A DNA stretch of 63,888 nt, the filler included, from Reclinomonas americana ATCC 50394 (taxonomy: Eukaryota), in assembly GCA_048213135.1 (NCBI GenBank). It is 18 parts of 18 records of this genome, joined end to end, with 100 filler letters (N's around TTAATTAATTAA, not from the genome) between each part and the next. Parts side by side here need not be neighbours in the genome. Positions count along the whole stretch, not along the records: positions 40,817 to 46,214 come from AFZH01023509.1; positions 46,315 to 48,516 come from AFZH01023510.1; positions 48,617 to 50,101 come from AFZH01023511.1; positions 50,202 to 53,342 come from AFZH01023512.1; positions 53,443 to 55,495 come from AFZH01023513.1; 13 more parts are not named here. One strand, given 5' to 3'. The translations under genes were made by a program, and so were the position numbers. The notes under the pieces are model-generated. The model was given only the letters and a program-made list of their open reading frames with translations. It was not told the origin of the DNA and ran no database searches. Positions within the stretch are counted from its first letter, which is position 1; every line of letters begins with the position of its first letter. Positions 44,645-53,459 of this stretch are shown one piece after another.

Positions 44645-44956
44645 ATAATGGGAGGGATGAGAGAGTGAACGAATTCGAATTGTTTGATCGCATGTTGTTG
44701 TTTCATGTTTTTGCGATGAGCCATCAAGTGAATATTGTGCACCTGGTTGGCGCACCTGCATTCTACGTGAGCGAGGCCAAGGCTGCTGTTCGTCGTGATA
44801 AGACAGGGCGTGGTTTGCTTGGATGACGAAGTCAACCATCAGTGTCCTGGTCCGGCGTCTTCAACACACGCTCACGCACCCCGACGACTTGCGAGTTGAT
44901 TGTTCCCCCTCTCTTCTGTCCCTCCCTGCTCTTCTCTCTCTCTCTCTCCATTCCTC

Positions 44957-46076
44957 ATGTCCACCGCTTCCTCTCCCCCTTCTCCTTCCCTCCAAGCACA
45001 TCACTGGTCACACGGGCCACGTGTCGTGTGTCGCCATCACTCCCGACGGTCGTCACATCGTCTCTGGGAGTACAGACTGCACAGTGCGAGTGTGGTCTTT
45101 GGCGACTGGAGCTGAGGTTCGACGACTGGAGGGACACGCGCATCATGTGAACTCAGTCGCCGTCACCCCCGATGGGCAACACATCGTGAGTGGCAGTTCT
45201 GACCGTACACTGCGTGTGTGGTCACTGGAGAGTGGAGAAGAAGTGAGACGGCTGAGGGCTCACGCTTCTGCGGTGGAATCTGTCACCATCACTCCCGATG
45301 GTCAACTCGTTGTGAGTGGCGGTAGTGATGCGAACGTGAGCGTGTGCGTCTTGGGGGGTGGGAAGCAGAGGCTGCGGCTCAGTGGGCACGACCTTGGAGT
45401 GCCTTCTGTCGCTGTCACGCCGGATGGTCTCTTCGTTGTCAGCGGGGGCCATGATGAGACTCTGCGAGTGTGGTCATTGACGAGTGGCGCAGAAGTGCGA
45501 CAGCTGGAGGGTCACAACGGTATGGTGTGGTCCGTAGCCGTCACTCCCGATGGACATGATGTGGTGAGTGGGAGTGGAGACGGGACAGTGAGAGTGTGGT
45601 CACTGGCGAGTGGGCAGATGATGAGACGGTTGCAGGGGCACACAGGATGGGTGTATTGTGTCGCCATTACGCCCAATGGTCAGCACATTGTGAGTTGCAG
45701 TGGAGACGAGACCGTGCGCGTATGGTCACTGGCGAGTGGGCAGGAGGTGCAACAGCTGGAGGGCCACACTGGATGTGTGCGTGCAGTGGCCGTGTCTCCC
45801 GATGGTCGGCATGTCGTGAGTGGTAGTTATGACACGACTTTGCGAGTGTGGTCCACTCCTTGTGGCCTTGCTGCGTGTGAGTTGGGCGCAGCACGCGAGG
45901 CAATGCGGGCTGTACAGGAGATGCAGCTAGAAGAGAGTACTGACGACGAAGACGAGGACGTCGACGACGAGCCAGATTGTTGGTGTCTGGCGGAGATTGT
46001 GCTGCGCTGCTTCATTGTCGAGGAGGCCGCGGTTGTGCTGCACCGGCGCAGCATGGATCCTGAGTCGCGCTTGTGA
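44957..46076 (+). CDS. WD40 array copy W10 (ATG out of frame by one extra C near 44977)
   Basis: Leader identical to W8 except C5 instead of C4. The rest is an intact 7-repeat ORF with tail. Confidence 0.75.
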
Positions 46077-46089
46077 AACATGGGAGAGG

Positions 46090-46166
<77 letters not shown>

Positions 46167-46314
46167 TAGTAGTAGTAGTAGTAGTAGTTAGTAGTAGTAG
46201 TAGTAGTAGTAGTANNNNNNNNNNNNNNNNNNNNNNNNNNNNNNNNNNNNNNNNNNNNTTAATTAATTAANNNNNNNNNNNNNNNNNNNNNNNNNNNNNN
46301 NNNNNNNNNNNNNN

Positions 46315-46405
46315 TTTGGCAGAGATTGTGCTGCGGTGCTTCATTGTCGAGGAGGCGGCTGTGGTTCTCCACCGGCGCAGCATGGACCTAGAGTCGCACT
46401 TGTGA
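46315..46405 (+). CDS. WD40 array copy W11 (3' tail only)
   Basis: LAEIVLRCFIVEEAAVVLHRRSMDLESHL*. Confidence 0.8.
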
Positions 46406-46740
46406 AAAAGGGAGAGGGACGAGAGAGAGTTGTTTGATTTCATGTTGTTGTTTCATGTTTTGTGATGACCCAAAGTGAATGTTGTACACCTTGTTGACGC
46501 GCCTGCATTCAACGTTATCAATGAAAGCCTGCTGCAAGTCGTCGTGCGTGAGTCGTGAGTGAGGAAGTGCCAGCGTCGTCCTGTCCCGCAAGCGAGTCTT
46601 CAAACACGATCTCAAAGATCATCTCAAACACACACACACACACCGCGACGACGACCGGCGCGCTGATTGTTGCCTCCCTACTCCTCTCTCTCTCTCTCTC
46701 CCCTCTCTCTGCTCCCTGCTCTCTGCTCTCAACATTCCTC

Positions 46741-47853
46741 ATGTCCCTCTCTCCCCTCACTCTCCTCCCCTCCAAGTGCATCACTGGTCACACGGGCGCT
46801 GTGATGTGTGTCGCCATCACTCCCAATGGTCAGCTTATCGTCAGTGGGGGTTCTGATTATTCAGTGCGAGTGCGGTCTCTGGCGACTGGAGCTGAGGTGC
46901 GTCTGCTGAAGGGACACACTGGTTTTGTGATCTCTGTTGCCGTCACTCCCAATGGCCAGCACATCGTGAGTGGCAGTGCAGACTGTTCAGTGCGTGTGTG
47001 GTCACTGGAGAGTGGAGAAGAAGTGAGACTGTTGGAGGGCCACGCTGATGCAGTGGAATCTGTTGCCATCACTCCCGATGGGGAGCACGTTGTCAGCGGG
47101 AGTTGGGATGCGACAGTGCGTGTGTGGACACTGGCGAGGGGGCAGGAGGTGCGACGAATGTTGGGGCACACTCACTTTGTGAAATCTGTCGCCGTCACGC
47201 CGGATGGTCAGCATGTTGTTAGTGGCAGCTGGGACGAGACCGTGCGAGTGTGGTCGCTGGAGAATGGCGCCGAAGTGCACCGGTTCGACGGGCATAGAGG
47301 TTGGGTGCTGTCGGTTGCCATTACGCCCGATAGTCAGCACATTGTGAGTTGCAGTTCCGCCGAGACAATGAGAATGTGGTCAATGGCGACTGGGAAGGAA
47401 GTGCGACGGTTTGAAGGACACACTCGTAACAAGTTGCACGTCTCCGTCACCCCCGACGGTGAGCACGTTGTAAGTGGAGGCAACGGGGTTGACCCGATTG
47501 TGAGAGTGTGGTCACTGGCAAGTGGCAGAGAGGTGCTACAGTTGGAGGGACACACTGGGGGAGTGCGGTCTGTTGCCGTCTCAGCTGATGGTCGGCATGT
47601 TGTAAGTGGTAGCAATGACAATACTTTGCGAGTGTGGTCCACTCCCTGCGGTCTCGCTGCGTGTGAGTTGGGCGCCGCACGCAAGACAATGTTGGCTCTG
47701 CAGGATATGCAGCGAGAAGCTGTGGTTGACGAGGACGAGGACGATGAGCCAGATTGTTGGTGTCTGGCGGAGATTGTGTTGCGCTGCTTCATTGTGGAGG
47801 AGGCGGTGGTGGTGCTGTATCGGCGAAGCATTGAACCGGAGTCGCATTTGTGA
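46741..47853 (+). CDS. WD40 array copy W12
   Basis: MSLSPLTLLPSKCITGH. Propeller nearly identical to W9, with a different tail. Confidence 0.88.
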   Translation: MSLSPLTLLPSKCITGHTGAVMCVAITPNGQLIVSGGSDYSVRVRSLATGAEVRLLKGHTGFVISVAVTPNGQHIVSGSADCSVRVWSLESGEEVRLLEGHADAVESVAITPDGEHVVSGSWDATVRVWTLARGQEVRRMLGHTHFVKSVAVTPDGQHVVSGSWDETVRVWSLENGAEVHRFDGHRGWVLSVAITPDSQHIVSCSSAETMRMWSMATGKEVRRFEGHTRNKLHVSVTPDGEHVVSGGNGVDPIVRVWSLASGREVLQLEGHTGGVRSVAVSADGRHVVSGSNDNTLRVWSTPCGLAACELGAARKTMLALQDMQREAVVDEDEDDEPDCWCLAEIVLRCFIVEEAVVVLYRRSIEPESHL

Positions 47854-48149
47854 GAGAGAGAGAAGCAATTGCTAGATTTCGTTATGTTGTTTCTTGTTTT
47901 TGTGATGAGCCATCAAGTGAATATTGTGCACCTGGTTGGCGCACCTGGATTCGACATGAGCGAAGGCAAGGCTGCTGTTCGTCGTGATAAGACAGGGCGT
48001 GGTTTGCTTGGATGACGAAGTCAACCATCAGTGTCCTGGTCCGGCGTCTTCAACACACATATACGCACGCACCCCGACGACTTGCGAGTTGATTGTTCCC
48101 CCTCTCTTCTGTCCCTCCCTGCTCTTCTCTCTCTCTCTCTCCATTCCTC

Positions 48150-48516
48150 ATGTCCACCGCTTCCTCTCCCCTTCTCCTTCCCTCCAAGCGCATCACCGGG
48201 CACACTGGCGTGGTGTGGTCTGTCGCCATCACTCCCGATAGTCAGCACATCGTCACCGGAAGTATGGACAACACTGTGCGAGTGTGGTCTTTGGCGAGTG
48301 GAGATGAGGTGCGACGACTGGAGGGACACACTGGATGGGTGTATTCAGTCGTCATCACGCCGGATGGGCAACACATTGTGAGTGGCAGTGATGACCGTAC
48401 AGTGCGCGTGTGGTCGCTGGAGAGTGGAGAGGAGGTGCGACGTTTCGAGGGACACGTCGGCGGAGTGACCTGTGTCGCCGTGGTTCGAATCCTCCCCTCC
48501 GAGAATATCGTCGTTT
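48150..48516 (+). CDS. WD40 array copy W13 (5' part; departs from the WD40 consensus at ~48482)
   Basis: MSTASSPLLLPSKRITGH and 2.3 repeats, then non-homologous GGTTCGAATCC... up to the linker. Confidence 0.75.
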
Positions 48517-48616
48517 NNNNNNNNNNNNNNNNNNNNNNNNNNNNNNNNNNNNNNNNNNNNTTAATTAATTAANNNNNNNNNNNNNNNNNNNNNNNNNNNN
48601 NNNNNNNNNNNNNNNN

Positions 48617-48665
48617 GGCGGTGGTACTGTATCGGCGAAGCATTGAACCGGAGTCGCATTTGTGA
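48617..48665 (+). CDS. WD40 array copy W14 (3' tail only)
   Basis: AVVLYRRSIEPESHL*. Confidence 0.75.
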
Positions 48666-48946
48666 AACATGGGAAGGGGCGAGAGTTGATTGATGTTCGT
48701 GTTTCAATAAAGTGATTGTGTTGTGCCCGGTTGTTGGTCCTGAGTGCAACTACATTCGCCGTGATGCAAGCCAACCAACGTCTGCTGTTTGTGATGTTGC
48801 TGGGTTTGGTGAGCAAGGAAGTGCGATGAATGTCCTCGTCCCACGTTTCACACACACTACGTACATATACACCGACGACTTGCGAGTTGATTGTTGCCTC
48901 TCTCTCTCTTCTCTGCTCTCTTTCTCTCTCTCTCTCTCCCATCATC

Positions 48947-50068
48947 ATGTCCCTCTCTCCCTCTCCTCCCATCCTCCTCCCCTCCAAGCGCATCACCGGG
49001 CACACGGGCCACGTGTCGTGTGTCGCCATCACTCCCGACGGTCGTCACATCGTCTCTGGGAGTACAGACTGCACAGTGCGAGTGTGGTCTTTGGCGACTG
49101 GAGCTGAAGTGCGACGACTGGAGGGACACGCGCATCGTGTGAACTCAGTCGCCGTCACTCCCGATGGGAAGCACATCGTGAGTGGCAGTTCTGATCGTAC
49201 ACTGCGTGTGTGGTCACTGGAGAGTGGAGAAGAAGTGAGACGGCTGAGGGCTCACGCTTCTGCGGTGGAATCTGTCACCATCACTCCCGATGGTCAACTC
49301 GTTGTGAGTGGCGGTAGTGATGCGAACGTGAGCGTGTGCGTCTTGGGGGGTGGGAAGCAGAGGCTGCGGCTCAGTGGGCACGACCTTGGAGTGCCTTCTG
49401 TCGCTGTCACGCCGGATGGTCTCTACGTTGTCAGCGGGGGCCATGATGAGACTCTGCGAGTGTGGTCACTGGAGAATGGCGCAGAAGTGCGACAGCTGGA
49501 GGGTCACAATGGTATGGTGTGGTCCGTAGCCGTCACTCCCGATGGACATGATGTGGTGAGTGGGAGTGGAGACGGGACAGTGAGAGTGTGGTCACTGGCG
49601 AGTGGGCAGAAGATGAGACGGATGCAGGGGCACACAGGATGGGTGTATTGTGTCGCCATTACGCCCAATGGTCAGCACATTGTCAGCGGCAGTTACGACA
49701 AGACCGTGCGCGTATGGTCACTGGCAAGTGGGCAGGAGGTGCAACAGCTGGAGGGCCACACTGGATGTGTGCGTGCTGTTGCCGTCTCACCCGATGGTCG
49801 GCATGTTGTGAGTGGTGGTTATGACAATACTTTGCGAGTGTGGTGCACTCCTTGCGGTCTCGCTGCGTGTGAGTTGGGCGCAGCACGCGAGGCAATGCGG
49901 GCTGTACAGGAGATGCAGCTAGAAGAGAGTACTGACGACGAAGACGAGGACGTCGACGACGAGCCAGATTGTTGGTGTCTGGCGGAGATTGTGCTGCGCT
50001 GCTTCATTGTCGAGGAGGCCGCGGTTGTGCTTCATCGGCGCAGCATGGACCTAGAGTCGCGCTTGTGA
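48947..50068 (+). CDS. WD40 array copy W15
   Basis: MSLSPSPPILLPSKRITGH. Propeller nearly identical to W10. Confidence 0.88.
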   Translation: MSLSPSPPILLPSKRITGHTGHVSCVAITPDGRHIVSGSTDCTVRVWSLATGAEVRRLEGHAHRVNSVAVTPDGKHIVSGSSDRTLRVWSLESGEEVRRLRAHASAVESVTITPDGQLVVSGGSDANVSVCVLGGGKQRLRLSGHDLGVPSVAVTPDGLYVVSGGHDETLRVWSLENGAEVRQLEGHNGMVWSVAVTPDGHDVVSGSGDGTVRVWSLASGQKMRRMQGHTGWVYCVAITPNGQHIVSGSYDKTVRVWSLASGQEVQQLEGHTGCVRAVAVSPDGRHVVSGGYDNTLRVWCTPCGLAACELGAAREAMRAVQEMQLEESTDDEDEDVDDEPDCWCLAEIVLRCFIVEEAAVVLHRRSMDLESRL

Positions 50069-50201
50069 AACATGGGAAGGGCGAGAGAGAGAGAGAGAGA
50101 GNNNNNNNNNNNNNNNNNNNNNNNNNNNNNNNNNNNNNNNNNNNNTTAATTAATTAANNNNNNNNNNNNNNNNNNNNNNNNNNNNNNNNNNNNNNNNNNN
50201 N

Positions 50202-50292
50202 TCTAGTGGAGATTGTGCTGCGCTGCTTCATTACGGAGGAGGCGGCGCTTGTGCTTCATCGGCGCAGCATGGACCTAGAGTCGCACTTGTGA
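50202..50292 (+). CDS. WD40 array copy W16 (3' tail only)
   Basis: LVEIVLRCFITEEAALVLHRRSMDLESHL*. Confidence 0.8.
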
Positions 50293-50672
50293 GAGGAAAG
50301 AGAGAGGGATGAGAGAGAGAGTTGCCTTTTTTGTTTTGTGCATTCTTTTCGCGATAGCTCAATGCAATGAACGTGTTGTGCCTGCTTGTTGATCCAGAGT
50401 GCACCTGCATTCGACGCGAGCAGTGTCAAGGTCGCTGTTGCGATCTAGGTGTGATGCGCAAGGAAGTGCTTTGTCAAGTCCATCGTCCTGGTCCCGCGTC
50501 CACACAGGCCCACACACACTCAGAATCACGCACACACGCACACACACACACGCACGCACGCACGCACGCACACACACGCACCCCAGACTGCCAGAGTTTG
50601 AGCCTCTCTGTTTCTTCTCTCTCTCTGTGCTCTCCCTACTCCCTTGTCTCCTCTCCCTCCCCTCCCTTCCTC

Positions 50673-51785
50673 ATGTCCCTCTCTCCCTCTCGTCTCACTC
50701 TCCTGCTCTCCAAGCGAGTCACTGATCGCACTGGCCCTGTGGCATGTGTCGCCATCACTCCCGATGGTCAGCACATCGTCTCTGGGAGTACAGACAAGAC
50801 TGTGCGAGTGTGGTCCCTGGCGACTGGAGCTGAGGTGCGACGACTGGAGGGACACACGTGCTATGTGAACTCAGTCGCCGTCACTCCCAATGGCCAGCGC
50901 ATCGTGAGTGGCAGTCATGACCATACAGTGCGCGTGTGGTCACTTGAGAGTGGAGAAGAAGTGCGACGGTTGCACGGGCATACTGGATGGGTGATTGCTG
51001 TTGCCGTCACTCCCGACGCGGTTCACATTGTAAGCGGGAGCAGGGACTGCACTGTGCGTGTGTGGTCGATGGCGAGTGGAGAGGAGGTGAGGCGGTTTGA
51101 GGGGCACACTGGGGGAGTGAACTCTGTCGCCGTCACGCCGGATGGTCTCTACGTTGTCAGCGGAAGCAATGACAGGACTGTGCGAGTGTGGTCGCTGGAG
51201 AATGGCGCCGAAGTGCGAAGGCTGGAGGGTCACAAAGGTGAGGTGCTGTCGGTTGCCATAACACCCGATGGTCAGCACATTGTGAGTTGCAGTCCCGCCG
51301 AGACTATGAGAGTGTGGTCGATGACGACTGGCAAGGAAGTGCGACGGTTTGAAGGACACACTCATAACAAGTTGCACGTCTCCGTCACCCCCGATGGTGA
51401 GCACGTTGTGAGTGGAGGCAACACTGCTGACCCAATTGTGCGAGTGTGGTCACTGGCAAGTGGAAGAGAGGTGCAACAGTTGAAGGGACACACTGGATTC
51501 GTGTTTTCCGTGGCCGTGACTCCCGATGGTCAACATGTCGTGAGTGGTAGTTATGACAATACTTTGCGAGTGTGGTCCACTCCGTGCGGCCTCGCTGCAT
51601 TTGAGCTCTACACAGCACGGGCGGCGATGCGGGCTGTGCAGGAGATGCAGCGAGATGACGAGGGCGAGGACGACGAAGAGCCGGATTCGCGGTGTCTTCC
51701 AGAGATTGTGTTGCGCTGCTTCATCGTGGAGGAGGCGGTGGTGGTGCTGTATCGGCGAAGCACGGAACCGGAGTCGCACTTGTGA
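50673..51785 (+). CDS. WD40 array copy W17 (last of the array)
   Basis: MSLSPSRLTLLLSKRVTDRTG, 7 repeats, tail CLPEIVLRCFIVEEA. Followed by a truncated spacer and a convergent gene. Confidence 0.88.
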   Translation: MSLSPSRLTLLLSKRVTDRTGPVACVAITPDGQHIVSGSTDKTVRVWSLATGAEVRRLEGHTCYVNSVAVTPNGQRIVSGSHDHTVRVWSLESGEEVRRLHGHTGWVIAVAVTPDAVHIVSGSRDCTVRVWSMASGEEVRRFEGHTGGVNSVAVTPDGLYVVSGSNDRTVRVWSLENGAEVRRLEGHKGEVLSVAITPDGQHIVSCSPAETMRVWSMTTGKEVRRFEGHTHNKLHVSVTPDGEHVVSGGNTADPIVRVWSLASGREVQQLKGHTGFVFSVAVTPDGQHVVSGSYDNTLRVWSTPCGLAAFELYTARAAMRAVQEMQRDDEGEDDEEPDSRCLPEIVLRCFIVEEAVVVLYRRSTEPESHL

Positions 51786-52181
51786 GAGGAAGAGAGATCT
51801 TGAGAGGGATGCGAGAAGAGTTGCTTGATTTTGTTTAGTTGTTTCGTTTTTCATCAATAAAGTGAATGTGTTGTACCTGCCTGTTGATCCAGAGTGAACG
51901 TTAGCAAGGCAATGGGTGTTGTTTTTTTCTAAAAAATCGTGGTGTGCATCGCATCTTACATAACACCTTTTCTTCATTATTCACAAAACAAAACAACTCC
52001 CTCTCCCTCTCACACACTCTCCCTCACCCCGCACGCCCTAGTTTCAATCATACAGCTCAGGGCGGCGCAGTGGGGCACGGCGGCGCGCGGCAACATATAT
52101 GCATGCCGCGACTCTCACCCCCATCCGTGCAATAATCATTACCACCAAATTTCCACTATTCCCCCCATTTCCTCGATTCCT

Positions 52182-52710
52182 TCAGAGGCGCAGCTCATCC
52201 ATGCGCGCCATCATTCGCTGCAGGAGGTGCTCGTCGCACACCGCCAGCAGTGCGTGGCAGTAGTCGTTCAGCTGCGTGTGCCACATGAGTTACGTGACCG
52301 ACACGACCATGAAACACCACAGGAAAAGAGGTACCTTGGCTGCGGGCACGCGCACCACACGCGCCAAATACTCTCGCACCGCTGTGCCACGCGACTGCCG
52401 CTCCGTCTCCATAATGGCCTCCTCACGCAGCGACACCTCATCCACTCCGTCCACATCTGGCTGTGCCATGCCGGCCGCCGCCTCGACCTCACCGGCGGCC
52501 ACAGTCACCGCGGACGGCGGCAAGCGACGCTCCTGGCAGTCGCCCGGACTGCACACGGCATTGCCGCACACGCACGTCGAGGCCAGGGCACAGTGAGCGG
52601 CCGCCGCTGTCGAGCAGGCGCCGGTGGCTTGCACGGCACGGATCTTGTAGGGTAGTTCCTCCACGTCGGGGGCGGAGCAGCGGCGTGATTCGTCGACGGG
52701 GCCGAGGATC
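52182..52710 (-). CDS. Last two exons of an unknown gene convergent on the array
   Basis: Polypyrimidine CCCAG|ATCCTC acceptor at ~52710, Cys-rich exon, AAG|GTACC donor at ~52331, final exon LNDYCHALLAVCDEHLLQRMMARMDELRL*. Confidence 0.55.
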
Positions 52711-53459
52711 TGGGAAGGGGAAGGAGGTGGAGAAGGAGAAGGAGGTGGAGAAGGAGAAGGAGGAGGGGAAGGAGAAGGATGAGGAGAAGGAGAAGGATGA
52801 AGAGAAGGAGAAGGATGAAGAGAAGGATGAGGAGAAGGAGAAGGAGAAGGATGAGGAGAAGGAGAAGGATGAGGAGCAGGAGGATGAGGGGAAGGAGGAG
52901 GGGAAGGAGAAGGATGAGGGAAAGAGAGGGAAAAGGACGATTGGGGAAGGGGAAACTGTGAGGGGAAAAGAAGGAAAAGGACAATCAGGTTGAGGGCAGG
53001 AATGCAGTGGAGAGTGAGGAAGGCGCGGTGGAGGAGAAGGAGAAGAAGAGGAGGGAAAGGAGGAGAAAGAGAAGAAACCCAAATGGAGAGAGAAGAAGGC
53101 AGAAGCACAGGTGGAAAGAAAGGAGAACACGAACGAGAAGAAAGAGAGGCAGAGGACGAAAATATCACGACAATGGAGATTGGTGGAAGGCAGAAAGCAA
53201 GGGCGAGGAGGAAGACGACACTATTCTTCCCTCTTGTCCGCCACCCTCGTTCTTCCTACTTTTCTCTTCTCAATCTTATTTTCCCTCTCGTTTGCTTCTT
53301 ACTTCTACTTCCTCTCTTTGTTGTTCTTATTCGTATAGCGCCNNNNNNNNNNNNNNNNNNNNNNNNNNNNNNNNNNNNNNNNNNNNTTAATTAATTAANN
53401 NNNNNNNNNNNNNNNNNNNNNNNNNNNNNNNNNNNNNNNNNNACACCACATGGTGGTGT

